Shown here: positions 14,951 to 28,340 of the stretch, in pieces
Position numbering within the stretch: position 1 is the first letter of the stretch
Layout of the letters: each line of letters begins with the position of its first letter
Assembly (NCBI GenBank): GCA_951406725.2
Contig: OX597834.1
Location: forward strand, 41,044,001 to 41,108,000
Origin: Octopus vulgaris
Lineage: Eukaryota
Reading direction: 5' to 3'
Length of the DNA stretch: 64,000 nucleotides
Translations under genes and position numbers: made by a program
The notes under the pieces: generated by a model
The model's input: the letters and a program-made list of their open reading frames with translations, nothing else
What the model was told of the DNA's origin: nothing
Database searches by the model: none

Positions 14951-15332
14951 GGTTAGCAATACAAATAGGAAAATAGAACTAAAAACGTGTATAAAACTAT
15001 AAAAATGAACAAAAAGGCAAACAGACAATTCAATTATTAAATTAGTTTGGGTTTTTTTATATTTTATTCTTCGTGGGGGAAATTTTTCTCTTGCGTTTTA
15101 GAGCTCAGCCAGCGTTTTAGAGCTACACCAAATAGTAAAAATGTAGAGTACAAGAAAATTAACAATATTCCGCGTCAGCAAAAAATAGATGTCTATCCAG
15201 TTGCATGTGTCCGTTTGTGTGTTTCTACGATGTAGTGCATGCATCACTTGCATTACGGAAACACTGGTTGCAGAATGTTGCACGTACAGCAATTGAGAAG
15301 TTTAACCACAAATTCTGAACAAACAGTAATTC

Positions 15333-15748
15333 GGCGATCTTTCGTCTCTAGTAGACCTTTCCGTCGATTTCCGTAAAAAACTTCTTTTTTTTTTACACAC
15401 ATACATGCATACATACATATACACGTACACCGAGTAAAAAATGTCCGTTATCTCTTTCTTTCACACATTACTCTCTCTGTCTCTTCACACACACTAACAG
15501 AAGCACTTCACTTACACAACATACTGTATGTCTCCCACACCCCATCAAACACACACACACACACACACATATACATCAATGCTCCCCATGCACGGTAACT
15601 TCAAAAGAACTTCCCTCGTCATACAATCGCTTTCTCTTAGTCTCTTTCGCTCTCATTACTTCAAAAGTTCCCGCAAGCCCATATGTAAAAATTTTTTTTT
15701 TTTTTTACGGAAATCGACGGAAAGGTCTACTAGAGACGAAAGATCGCC
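15333..15748. mobile_element. MITE with 48-bp perfect TIRs and 8-bp TSD (Merlin-like)
   Basis: TIR ggcgatctttcgtctctagtagacctttccgtcgatttccgtaaaaaa is exactly inverted at 15701-15748; agtaattc is duplicated at 15325-15332 and 15749-15756. Confidence 0.88.
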
Positions 15749-16098
15749 AGTAATTCTGTTCTTTCAAGAAGTCTTGCAAATTCTGGCAATTTTAAAAACT
15801 AAAATCGCGATGTGTACTTTATTTTAAACCTCAACTCCTACACATTCGCTTCTCCGTCTTCCCTCGCCTTTGCTTGTATCTGCGCCAATTCAACTGACCT
15901 TGATTTTCCATAATACTTCCAAAATACTTGCCCCGTATTTTGCTCCCTTTTCAACGCTCCTTTACCGTGTTTGCACGTGCACCATCTAAACCCATCTAAG
16001 TTTTGCTGATAACTTTAATTAGACATTTACAGTGAGGAAAATATATGACAGTATTTTTTTCATAGATCTGAAGTGAAACTTAAACTGAGACAGTGTTT

Positions 16099-16485
16099 GG
16101 ATGCGTGGATCATAGGGCAGCGGACTCGCGGTCATAGGATCGCGGTTTCGATTCCATGACCGGGCGTTGTGAGTGTTTATTGAGCGAAAACACCTAAAAA
16201 AGCTCCACGAGGCTCCGGCACGGGATGGTGGTGATCCCTGCTGTACTCTTTTACCACAACTTTCTCTCACTCTTACTTCCTGTTTCTGTTGTACCTGTAT
16301 TTCAAAGGGGCCGGCCTTGTCACTCTCTGTGTCGCGCTGAATATCCCCCGAGAACTACGTTAAGGGTGCACGTGTCTGTGGAGTGCTCAGCCACTTACAC
16401 GTTAATTTCACGAGCAGGCTGTTCCGTTGATTCGGATCAACCGGAACCCTCATCGTCGTAACCGACGGAGTGCTTCCATCATCAT
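16099..16485 (+). mobile_element. tRNA-derived SINE
   Basis: tRNA-like head with a B-box-like ggtttcgattcc, a GC-rich body and a (cat)n tail. Confidence 0.55.
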
Positions 16486-16879
16486 CCGGGATCAACGATC
16501 ACACTAAGATACAAAGGGCTGATAAACATGATGGTCGGTCAGTCAAACTAAACTTAATGATTATATGACAATTTACAAACAGTGGAAGGTACAACTCGAG
16601 ATGCAAACATTTTCTTTAACTTATAAAGTCTCATTTAAAGTCTAGTTAAGCAATATTTCCTCTCATTTCACCCCACCCCCTCCTGCTTTCATTTTCTTTC
16701 ATTTTTGTGCTGAAGTAATAAATTAACTATTTTTTACTATATTAGAACATCACTAATTTCTTCAGATTCTACTGTTTTACATTTTGGTGTGGGTTTCTCC
16801 TCTATTACTGCCCCTTGGATTTAACAAGTGTCCGAAGTTTGAAAGTGTTTAGTTACAAAAAATTATTTTTAAAATCTGG

Positions 16880-18370
16880 CTGGTTGGCTGGCACGTTAAA
16901 AGCACCAACCGATTGTGGCCGATGCCAGACTCCCCTGGCACCTGTGCCGGTGGCACGTAAAAAGCACCCACTACACTCGCGGAGTGGTTAGCGTTAGGAA
17001 GGGCATCCAGCTGTAGAAACACTGCCAGATCAGACTGGAGCCTGGTGCAGCCCCTGGCATCCCAGACCCCGGTCGAACCGTCCAACCCGTGCTAGCGCGG
17101 AAAACGGACGTTAAACGATGATGATGATGATGATGTAGGTAAAAAAGTAAAGATCCAGAACCACTAAATTCCTAAGTAAAACTAAGGGAGGTGACTCTAT
17201 CTGAGTAATACTATGGCTCTGAAACTTCTCACGGTCACTTTACCTGCTAGAAATAGCAACCCAAATGCTTTTAAATCAGATCGCAATACTGAATGTTCAA
17301 GAACCAAACGAAGGGCAGATTTCAATCCCGGGATCATCCTGATTCAAAAAAGGTGTAATATGTCTATGTAAAGCAAATGTAAACTGAGATACAGGGGTCC
17401 CAGACAGACAGAATTTCATTTTTATTATATAGAAGAAAGTGAAATCGGAATCGAAATTGAACCAATCCTATGACTGGCACCTGGCAGATGACAGGACCCC
17501 TGGACTGGAGATACGTAAAAAGCACTATCCGAATCGTGGCCGATGCCAGCGCCGCCTCCACTGGCTTCCGTGTCGGTGACACGTAAAAAGCACCATCCGA
17601 ATCGTGGCCGAAGCCAGTGCCGCCTCGACTGGCTTCTGTGCCGGTGGCACATAAAATGCACCAATCCGACTGTGGCCGATGCCAGCCTCGCCTGGCACCA
17701 GTGCAGGTGGCACGTAAAAAGCACCCACTACACTCACGGAGTGGTTGGTGTTAGGAAGGGCATCCAGCTGTAGAAACATTGCCAGATAAGACCGGAGCCT
17801 GGTGCAACCTCCTGGCTTCCCAGATCCCCGGTTGAACCGTCCAACCCATGCTAGCATGGAGAACGGACGTTAAACGATGATGACAATGATGATGATGATG
17901 ATGATGAGATGAGTGGAAAGAAACCAGCAAGTGACTGTAAAGGTACTAATGAAAAAAGAAGTAGAAAAGGGATTATGCTGGACATGAAACTTATTTAAAC
18001 TTGATATTTTACTATGGTTTAATGTGGGAGCAGCCAATTCATCATCATCATCATCATCGTTTAACGTCCGTTTTCCATGCTAGCATGGGTTGGACGGTTC
18101 GACTGGGGTCTGGGAAGCCAGGAGGCTGCACCAGGCTCCAGTCTGATCTGACAGTGTTTCTACAGCTGGATGCCCTTCCTAACGCCAACCACTCCGTGAG
18201 TGTGGTGTTTGTTTTTTACGTGCCACCGGCACAGGGGCCAGAGGAGGCTGACAAACGGCCACAATCGGTTGGTGCTTTTACGTGTCACCTACACAGACAC
18301 CAGTCAGGCGGCGCTGGTATCTGTCACATTCGAACGGTGCTTTTTACGCGTAACCGACATGCGATGTCTT
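16880..18370. mobile_element. Cluster of three (ATG)n-tailed SINE / RTE-tail copies (two +, one -)
   Basis: Copies at about 16880-17135 (+), 17500-17907 (+) and 18040-18370 (-), all containing the ttaggaagggcatccagctgtagaaac core. Confidence 0.8.
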
Positions 18371-18718
18371 AACTACAATTTCCATTTGATTTTTATTTTG
18401 AAAATCAAATCATATTACAAAAAACATTATTTACATCATCTACAGTGAAAACAATATGTGACAACAAAGATAAAATTAGGTCAAGTGCTTAAGTTGCTAC
18501 TTGTTAAATGTCCAGACATCCTTTTTGGATAGAACTGAAGTGATGCTTAAAATAAAACAGCTCTTAAATGTGTGGATCAATAATCAGGTTGGACAAAAGA
18601 GCTAATAAATGTGATGGTCATTGGAGCTGAAGTTAAATGTTTCTTTGTCAATTTATAAAGAGTAGAAAGTGTGACTTCTGATACAAACTTTCTTTATTAC
18701 TAATAAAATCTAGTTTAA

Positions 18719-18939
18719 CCCTCTAGTGTTTGCATTATTCTGCCAAAATTAATCCTTTTTTATCCAAATTGTTTTGAACTAATCATGCATTATCTTGTAG
18801 CTATGAGATTTTGCTGAGGTAGCTGTTAACTTTTAAAACGATTTTGTAGGGTTGGTGTGAAAGACCAGATCTGGCCAGTTTGAACATAAAACAGGCAGAA
18901 TACTTTTGGCCGGATATGGCCGGGATAAATGCTAAAGGG
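18719..18939. mobile_element. piggyBac-like MITE
   Basis: TTAA|CCCTCTAG...CTAAAGGG|TTAA; inverted homolog of 50271-50489. Confidence 0.75.
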
Positions 18940-19044
18940 TTAAGAAACCGTAATTTGCCCAATATTAAAATGACTGGCGAAGTAGCCATTAATTATCCTA
19001 AGGAACAGAGAAAAATTTATTGCAAGAGAAACATTGGCTTAGTC

Positions 19045-19446
19045 TTTACTCTTTTACTTGTTTCAGTCATTTGACTGTGGCCATGATGGAGCATCGCCTT
19101 TAGTCGAGCAAATCGACCCCAGGACTTATTCTTTGTAAGCCTAGTACTTATTCTATCAATCTCTTTGCCAAACTGCTAAGTTACGGGGACGTAAACAAAC
19201 CAGCATCGGTTGTCAAGCGATGTTGGGAGGGACAAACACAGACGCACAAACACACATACACATATATATATATGCATATACATATATACGACGGGCTTCT
19301 TTCAGTTTCCATCTACCAAATCCATTTACAAGGCTTTGGTCGGCCTGAGGCTATAGTGGAAGACACTTGCTGAAGGTACCACACAATGGGACTGAACCCG
19401 GAACCATGTGGCTGGTAAGCAAGCTACTTACCACACAGCCACTCCT
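19045..19446 (-). mobile_element. tRNA-derived SINE family A
   Basis: Same about-400-bp element as 20622, 42110, 43005 and 61389; tRNA-like head with ggttcagtccc and an (agtaaaag)n tail. Confidence 0.85.
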
Positions 19447-20113
19447 TTTCAGTCCAATCAATCAATCAAAAGGGACCAATCAAAATTGAAACCAGGATCA
19501 TCAGAGTTGAAACTGGAACCAATGGGAATATCACACAAGGTCTAAAGCAGAGGTTCTTAACCAGGGTCCAAATGGCCACCCGTCGGGGCCCCTATAACAT
19601 TTTGTTATTAAAATTTGTGTGCAATACATTGCTTATACTTGTGCAATACACAAAATATTTTAACAATTTTTTTACACACTTCTTAATAATATTTAATTAT
19701 AAAAATATAATGGGATTCCTATGTTACTCAGTTGGTCCCTCCTAGTCATTTGATGCCTTAAAATCCCATTACATTTTTATAATTAATGTCCATTTTTCCA
19801 TGCTTGCCTGGATCAGACAGAATTTTCTGAATACTCTACAAAATGGATGGGATTAAGAAGGACATCTAGTTGTAGAAATGAAGCAAATGACATGTTTAAG
19901 CAGTTAGTCTTTGGGACCTGTAGCTCCAAATGGGGGAGGGGGTGACTCAGACTGTCTAATCCATGCCAGCATGAAAAGTGGATGCTAATAATGATGATGA
20001 AAATGATGATTGAATCCCAATTCAATGGTCCCATCCCAGAGCTATATAATTATATGATTACAAGTAGAAAGAAATATTTTTTCAATGCATAAGTACTGAT
20101 AGAACAGTATATA

Positions 20114-20501
20114 TCTTTATATATAAAGCTGAAGTTCTCTGTGTATGGCAGGTTTGGTAGCCTTCAACTAACACTATCTCCCCCCGAGACCCTGCGGCGC
20201 AAGTTGACCAAAACCGAGAGTATGATAGAAGGCTTGCTCTTCCTTCCATAGAAGATAAAATTCAAATCAGACCATGTTAACAACAAAAATTATTTACATC
20301 AAAAAGGTGCTTCTTTTCTATGAAAATCCCTATTTTTTACGATTTTTTTACTGCTGTGTCGCCAGTTTTCGGTGTATTTCAACCAGAAAAATGTTCACTC
20401 AAAGAGAATAACAAACTACATAATGCAAAATTTTTACTTTTCAAAAATTCCAATTCTAAAGGGTCGAAACAAACCCGAGCAACGCCGGGCGATACTGCTA
20501 G
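20114..20501 (+). mobile_element. Non-autonomous Helitron
   Basis: A|TC start, subterminal hairpin cccgagcaacgccggg, CTAG|T end, no TSD; other copies at 31473, 47400 and 60575. Confidence 0.85.
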
Positions 20502-20505
20502 TATG

Positions 20506-20605
20506 GGATAAAATCCCTTACAGAGCAGAAAAATCTGTCAGCAACCAGCCATGAGAATCATGGCTGGTTGCTGACAAATTTTTCTGCTCTGTAAGGATAT
20601 TATCC
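20506..20605. repeat. Long foldback hairpin
   Basis: 39-bp core stem with 1 mismatch and a 3-nt loop (gaa), extendable to about 49 bp. Confidence 0.9.
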
Positions 20606-20621
20606 AATATATGCTGTTCTA

Positions 20622-21041
20622 TACTCTTTACTCTTTTACTCTTTTACTTGTTTCAGTCATTTGACTGCGGCCATGCTGGAGCACCGCCTTTAGTCGAGCA
20701 AATCAACCCCGGGACTTATTCTTTGTAAGCCCAGTACTTATTCTATCGGTCTCTTTTGCCGAACCGCTAAGTGATGGGGACATAAACACACCAGCATCGG
20801 TTGTCAAGCAATGCTAGTGAGACAAACACAGACACACAAACACATACACACACATACATATATATATATACATATATACGACAGGCTTCTTTCAGTTTCC
20901 GTCTACCAAATCCACTCACAAGGCATTAGTCGGCCCGGGGCTATAGCAGAAGGCACTTGCCCAAGATGCCTCGCAGTGGGACTGAACCCGGAACCATGTG
21001 GTTGGTTAGCAAGCTACTTACCACACAGCCACTCCTGCGCC
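20622..21041 (-). mobile_element. tRNA-derived SINE family A (full length)
   Basis: Minus strand gcgcaggagtggctgtgtggtaag...tgactgaaacaagtaaaagagt. Confidence 0.88.
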
Positions 21042-21149
21042 TATCAGTACTTATGCATTGAAACAATATATCTTTCTACTTGTATTACAATACATTTCAG
21101 TGCTTCAAACCAAACTTATGTTTGCTTACATATGACATAATAACTATAT

Positions 21150-21700
21150 GATTATTACATTGGTGACTATATTGTTACCCTTTCTCTCATCCTTGAAGAG
21201 CTAAACTTTTTCATCTCCTTCATTTCCTTCATCAGCATCTTACACACCTCTCTCTATTTCACCTGCTCCATCTCCGATACTTCACTCTGTTTCCTTGGCA
21301 TTACTTACTGTATTGACCATCCATCAGCCTCTCAACTTTCATTCTCTTCAAATCCACTAACTTCCCCTCCTACCTTGACATCCGTCCCCACCCATACCAA
21401 GTACACCATTTCCTAGGCCCAGTCTCCCCATCTCTGCCATGTCTGCAGCTGTAGCCATGATTTAAGACTCATGAAGAGTGACTGGTCTAGTTGTTCAATA
21501 CAGTTATCCACACACCTATATTCAAGCCACTTTCTCCAGCATCCATACCACTAACTGCATCCTTCAGCCCTCACACTTTCATCTACACCCTCATCTACAC
21601 ATTGCATGCCTTTTCTCTTCGCCTACCATTCCACCACCTTTTCCTCCAGTATGCCATCCTCTACCTCTTCCACCATTCGAAATCTGACCAGGTCACCTTT
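21150..21700 (+). mobile_element. Penelope-like element RT relic
   Basis: Frameshifted remnants FTCSISDTSLCFLGI, FKSTNFPSYLD and HTKYTIS.AQ..HLCHVCS parallel the PLE RT motifs FT.SISDT..PFLD, YKPTDSHSYL and SIPYSQFLRLRRICS. Confidence 0.6.
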
Positions 21701-22369
21701 CATTTCTTTCCTTACCCACCTCTTCCTGCTTTTAAGCATCTCTGCTTCCTATGCAGGCTCGTCATTCATAGTTCTTTCTTCATCACACCCTGTTCCACTC
21801 CTAGATCAGTTTTCTGCTTTTTCCTTTCCAGTACCTCTGCCCTCACTAGCTCATTAGACTTAAACATTGCATCTTCCATATAACAGATTCTTTCCTCTGC
21901 ACCTATTCAATGTTCCTTTTGAAGTTCAATTTATATCAAGAAAACTCTCTCCCTCCTCCCACCTGCCACTTTTGCTAACTTAACATCCATTTAGCACCCA
22001 TAGACATCCTTCCACATTTAAACTCTTTTGCCATTTACTTCTCATTAAGACCATTTTTGTTCGTCTTTCTTTCGTTACTCCCTTTTAATAATTCCCAAAG
22101 CATTGCCTCCTTTTTATCTTCTTAGCATTTATGCTATTTTACCTTGTCCTTGGACTTCATCATTTTCTTGAATTTTTAACTGTTAAAGATTCTACCACCG
22201 CAAACTTTTTTTTGACTTTTAATCTCATATTCAATTTTTATTCTTTATTTCAGAGTCACACACTTAAAAACACTTTCCAGCTCCTACTTTTTTGTTTATG
22301 CCCATGCACACTTGATTAAAATCTTTTTTTCTTTTGTACCTTGCAAACACCATCCTACAGCACTTCCTC

Positions 22370-22451
<82 letters not shown>

Positions 22452-22574
22452 AACACACACACACACAAACACACACACAAACACACACACACACAAACAC
22501 ACAGAGAAGAGGTTGAAGATAAGGAAGAATGAATGAATAAGTTGTAATGGAGACATAGGTCAAAGATGGGACAA

Positions 22575-22680
22575 TGCAACTAACAAATAGGTTGGCATAG
22601 TTGGGACCCATTCTTGTACCCATGGCCACCCCAGTGGGCTGTTGTTAGATCTTACTCATAAATGAGAAATTATAAAAGCA
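22575..22680 (-). mobile_element. Penelope-like element RT fragment
   Basis: G(V)AMGTRMGPNYANLF(V) is the characteristic PLE RT motif. Confidence 0.8.
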
Positions 22681-23139
22681 AGAAGGGATTCAGATAAAGG
22701 GAAGAAAATGAAGGCATTGGTATAGAGGGTGGACTGAGGTTAAGGAAGTACTGGAGAATCAGGGGGTTTTCTTTGTGATGGATGGCAGTATATGAGATGA
22801 TGACCATAGTGATAAAAGGTAAGAGAGGTTGGGAAAAGGGGAATTGAAGAGATGGAGTGTATAGTCTTAGTATTGTGGATGTTGGAGGAGAGAGTAACAA
22901 CTAGAAGTGTAAGAGAAACACTCCCCACCACACACATATAATTGTCTGGCCCTATCAAAGTTGTATATGATCCCTACTCTTCAACTTTCTTGATGAAGTG
23001 GAGTAGCATGGAAAGTAAATTCAGTCACGGGAGAGAAATATAAAGCTATGAAGTAGTACTGTCATATTTTGTTTAAATGTGGAGTATCAAAATGTCCTTA
23101 CTATTTTATTCTTGGTTTGAGATAACTTGCCAACTCGAA

Positions 23140-23540
23140 TTGCCGTCTGCCAGCCTCGTCTGGCACCTGTGTCGGTGGCACATAAAAACACCATTCGAGC
23201 GTGGCCGTCTGCCAGCCTCGTCTGGCACCTGTGTCGGTGGCACATAAAAAACACCATCCGAGCGTGGCCGTCTGCCAGCCTCGTCTGGCACCTGTGTCGG
23301 TGGCACATAAAAACACCATCCGAGCGTGGCCGTCTGCCAGCCTCGTCTGGCACCTGTGTCGGTGGCACATAAAATCACCCACTACACTCTCAGAGTGGTT
23401 GGCGTTAGGAAGGGCATCCAGCTGTAGAAACACTGCCAGATCTGACTGGCCTGGTGCAGCCTTCGGGCTTGCCAGACCCCAGTTGAACCGTCCAACCCAT
23501 GCTAGCATGGAAAGCGGACGTTAAACGATGATGATGATGA
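23140..23540 (+). mobile_element. (ATG)n-tailed SINE / RTE-tail element with four tandem about-60-bp subrepeats
   Basis: Unit gccgtctgccagcctcgtctggcacctgtgtcggtggcacataaaaa(c)accatccgagcgtg x4, followed by the family core. Confidence 0.85.
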
Positions 23541-24176
23541 ATTCCCTATAATTATTCATTGAGCCCTTTTTGTAAATCTGTTGAATTCATGTGTATTATA
23601 TCACACACACGTATATATAATCCTGTTTATATATGCATGTATCTTCCCAGATTTATATCACAATCTATCGATCAATTTTGTTATCTACATATCTCCGTCG
23701 ACTCATCTATCAATTTCTAAATAGCTATTTATGTGTATTTGTTTATTATCGATCTGTCAATCTATATATCTATCGATAAATGTTTCTAATTATATATGCG
23801 TTCTTTGAATGATATGATGGAAAGGGTCTGAAAAAAAAATTAGAATCCCTTGTAGTAATAATAATTTTAATGCCTCAACTTTCTGAGTTCAAACGTCGGC
23901 GATGTGTATCATGTTTTCATAGGTTGATAAAACAAGTATTAATTACGTTACTTAAGTTGCTTCAAGTCAGTGTATATTTTCCACTACTGTTTTGTGGAAT
24001 TATTCTTCAATTTTTATGAATCACGTGCATATTTAGGTAAAACGTAGTAACAACCTACATATAGTGCATGTATGGGTTTATTTTCATCACTGAAATTAAT
24101 GCGTGTGCTTGCTTGTTAGTGTATGAGCGTGAAATTGTGTCTGTGCGCATAACTGAGTCTCTGTATGTATGCGCGC

Positions 24177-24212
<36 letters not shown>

Positions 24213-24419
24213 ATGCGGGCACTTGTATGCATGTGCGTGATTTTTAGACATACATTCATATGTACACATATGCATGCGTGCACATATAAAGTAAGCTACG
24301 GGCACAGATATACTTTCACGCTCATATACTAATAAGCAAGCATATCCATTATATATATGTGTGTGTGTATGTATATGTGCGCGCTGCTATGTATGTGCCT
24401 CTACTAACTGACTCATCTT

Positions 24420-25130
24420 CATAAGAGAGGAGGCAATCAGAACCAGTTGCTGCTACTCCCCCTGTTACAAGTGCCCCTCCTCCTTCGCTTTTCCATTTCC
24501 AGGCTGCTGCTGCCACTAATTTCATGCCGGAAGTGTGTAAAACGCAACAACACAGTTCGGCAGCACAAGTTGTTTTGTCACGGAACGAAGGAAAAGAGTA
24601 TCAACAACAGATACTTAAACATCGCCATCGCTTCCACCACAGACTCCATCTCCATCATCTCACAACAACAAAGTACCTCACGGAACGTCGCTTACCCTGC
24701 AAGAATTGGTGTAACATAGGGTTAATTAATTTAGCTGACTGGCCACATTCTTCATTGATACCCACCCATGGGCTTGGTCGCTTATTTCAATAAATAAGAA
24801 CATTTTTATTCAGATCTGAATCCACTCCCTTATACACTCTTTGTTTTTACATGTCTTCACTCCCGTCTATTGTTTACCACGATACACTAATACTCAGTCT
24901 CCTGGCAACTACAAACACATCAAAACTAACGGATTTTTGGATTTCTAGTTAAAGGCGTCCTGCCTTCGTTCTTTTTCACTTCGCTGTGATCTTAGTGCGA
25001 CCATCAGCCAGAACTTTCCTTGGTTGAAGCCTCAGTTTATATAATCAGAACCATCACCTGCAATACTAATAACGAGAACACCTGGCTACCCCAATTAAAA
25101 GACCACCGTTCCCATAATTATAAGGTAAGG
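24420..25130 (+). promoter_or_regulatory. Candidate RABEPK promoter and non-coding first exon
   Basis: Non-repetitive CpG-enriched patch with ETS-type ccggaagtg at about 24527 and a strong donor aag|gtaagg at 25125. The link to RABEPK is inference. Confidence 0.4.
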
Positions 25131-27823
25131 CAGAAATTCTTTATTTTAAAAACATCCGTAGCCCAAATTTTGGGCAACTTATTCGCTCATGGAATTCATG
25201 GTGCGCAAATGGTTAGAATTATACACATCGGTAAATTCCTTGTTTCCTCGGATTCTACTCTTCTACTACATACATAAACGTATAAATGTATATTGACTAT
25301 CAAACCTTGATAATTTCATTTATATTCATTCATCTATGATAAATCGTGAACTGTTTCTTTTATCTCCCACAAAGTTATAATCTTTCTTTGGTAAAATCAA
25401 TTTAAAACACCAAAATTATTAAATGCATTACATTTAATATACATCGATTTTAGCATGTTTTAAACTAGTTTTCTTTGCTCTTTTCTATATTTATTTATCT
25501 CTTATTTTAATTTTAATATTCAGTTTGTTTAGAAATCCATTTTTTTTCCAAACAATTTTGGTATTTTAAACTCTTGGACTTATAATATGTTGCCTTGGCT
25601 TATAACGATTTAACCAAAATTGAATTCCATAAATTCCAATGGCTATATCTATATCGAAGGTCAGTTTCCTCAGTTTCTTGCGAATAAACTGAAGGTTAAA
25701 CCCAGTTTAATCGATCGTATAGACCACAGTCCTTTCGACCTGGCACTTATTTTACCGACTTATTTGGGTTTCATCGGGGAAGTGACTTCGTCCTCAAACC
25801 ATTGGGATCAGTTTCTGTTTCGTGTAGGTAAACTGAGAGGTAAATTTCGGAGGTTTCGTGTTGCGACTGAGGGTTAAAGCTAGGTGCTAAGGATAATGAT
25901 TAACTAACCAAGAATTTCGTAGGCTTAATTAATAATCAGCTTTTCCATTGACTGTGAACCAGTTTCTTATGTATTAAACTAAAACAATTATTTCTTAGGT
26001 TATTTCTATGTTTTATTTCAATCTCTCCTCAGCTCTTGTGTTAGAAACTATTCTGTTATATTTCTCTAACTTTTCAATGTCCAAATATTTGTTAGCTCGA
26101 GCGCTAGGAATAGTCATATCTCCATCAACTCCTGCGTTGAAATCTAAGGTACAAAAAAAAAAGTCTAAGGCCACATTGGATAATGTAGTTCTATAAATTC
26201 GTACAAAGGAAAAAGGAAAGAAACGGGATGGTCGTGGTTAGCATGTCTTTGATCGAGCCTTTCAATCAGTGTTGATCTGGGCTAAACGTGACAGCCACCT
26301 GTATTAATTAGGTGTTTGTGCTCACAGGAAGCTGTTTGCTTCATCGATATTGATGGCTTATTTGGTTGCTGTGTTTGTTGTTCTATTGTCGCATAAACAC
26401 TGCAGTAACTTTCGCCTTAATTGTTCTTTGGAGATGTTTAAGCCAGCAAAGGAAGACCTCTACACGTTCGATCGAAAAATTCCCTTAAATCAAGAAAGAA
26501 AAGAACGAGCAACGACAACTATTGGGAAATAGCAACCAAAATCTCTGAAATCCATGTTAAAGAAGAAAAAAAAAAAGGGGGCGCATTAGATATAACTGTT
26601 TGAAAACGGCGGGAATGTCTGGGAGGCTTGTTATTCGCGGTGGGGTTTTTGTGAACGCAAAACTTTCCCATATTTAGCATAGTCGTTATTAATGTGGTTT
26701 GTTGCTATATATGTATGTATGAGGCATGAAAGACAATATTGACCTCGGAATTCTGAGTTCAGATTTCGCCTAGATCTGCTTTGCTTTTCGTCCCTCCAAG
26801 GGTGCCCACTATTAAGTGAGACCCTGGAGAGATGAATTGAAGTATCAGTCCAAGTACTGCGGTCGATGTAATTGACTTGACCCTCTCTCCTCAAAATAGC
26901 TCTCCTTGTACCAGTATTTGAACCCATTCTCTGCTTTTCATCCTTTTGGGGTCGATAAGATAAGTACCAGTCGATTTACCCCCTCTCCTGAAATTACTGG
27001 CCTTGTGCCAAAATTTGAAACCATTATTTTTATTACTGTAATTAAAATGATGACGATGATGACATACAGACATACCTGCCATATTTCATTCAAATACCTC
27101 AAGTATCAGCTTTTACTCTCAGTACCCTTTCATATACGCCATAACCCTCCACCTACCCTACCTGCTCACTGCAGCCTTCCTTATGTATTACTTCATCTCC
27201 CCCTCCTCACCTCTCCTATACCTTGTTCATCAGCCCGTTACAGTCTGATCTATCCCTCCTGTGCCACAGCTACCTTTCATCTTACGCCCCCTCCATGCTG
27301 ATATTTCCTATCAACTGTACCTCTTCTACCCACAATTTCTAACCATCTGTTACTCCCTTCCCCTGACCCACTATCTATATCCCCTCTTATGCTCACCTTG
27401 CTGTACCTTGAGAATTTCCTTTGTAACTCTATCACTACCAACCTTATCTCCTTTCCAGTTACCCTTATATAATGTGTGTATTCCCTGTATCTCTCGCAAG
27501 TCACCTATGCTTGTCCCTCTATCATTCTTTAGTCTTTCAACACTTGGTATAAAGCTGTCTTCCTGCCTACCACTTTCTCCCTGTTCTCTTCCTGTCTCGC
27601 CAGTTACTTGGCAATCTCACTAGTGCTGGTGGCATGAAAAAGTATCTTCTAGTACATACTGTAATATGGTTGGCATAAGGAAAGGTATCCAGCTGCAGAA
27701 ACCATGCCGAAGCTGACACGGGAGCTCAGCACAGCCCTGTGGCTCACTAGATCCTGTCAAGCCATCCAACCCATGCCAGCATGGATCAAATGATGATATA
27801 TAATAGAATATATATATATATAT

Positions 27824-28105
27824 CATCATCATCATCATCATCATCGTTTAGCGTCCGCTTTCCATGCTAGCATGGGTTGGACAATTCAACTGGGGTCTGG
27901 GAAGCCAGAAGGCTGCACCAGGCCCAGTCTGATCTGACAATGTTTCTATGGCTGGATGCCCTTCCTAACGCCAACCACTCCGTGAGTGTAGTGGGTGCTT
28001 TTTACGTGCCACCAGCACAGGTGCCAGACGAGGCTGGCAAACGGCCACGATCGGATTGGTGCTTTTTATGTGCCACCGGCATGGGGGCCAGGCGAGGCTG
28101 GCAAC
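27824..28105 (-). mobile_element. (ATG)n-tailed SINE / RTE-tail copy
   Basis: Same family core, minus orientation. Confidence 0.8.
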
Positions 28106-28125
28106 GATATATATATATATATATA

Positions 28126-28340
28126 AGGCAAGCTGGCAGAAACGTTAGCACGCCGGGCGAAATGCTTAGCAGTATTTCGTCTGCCGTTACGTTCTGAGTT
28201 CAAATTCTGCTGAGGTCGACTTTGCCTTTCATCCTTTCAGGGTCGATAAATAAAGTACCAGTTTCGCACTGGGGTCGATGTAATCGACTTAATCCGTTTG
28301 TCTGTCCTTGTTTAGCCCCTTGTGGGTTGTAAAGAAATAC
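28126..28340 (+). mobile_element. tRNA-derived SINE family B (Nin-domain-like)
   Basis: gagttcaaattc B-box followed by gcctttcatcctttc.gggtcgataaa..aagtaccag; copies at 37405, 39514, 41135-41990 and 45632. Confidence 0.8.

Noticed and set aside
23140-23372. CRISPR-like array of about-60-bp units
   Set aside because: Whole units repeat with no unique spacers, there are no cas genes and the context is a eukaryotic SINE.
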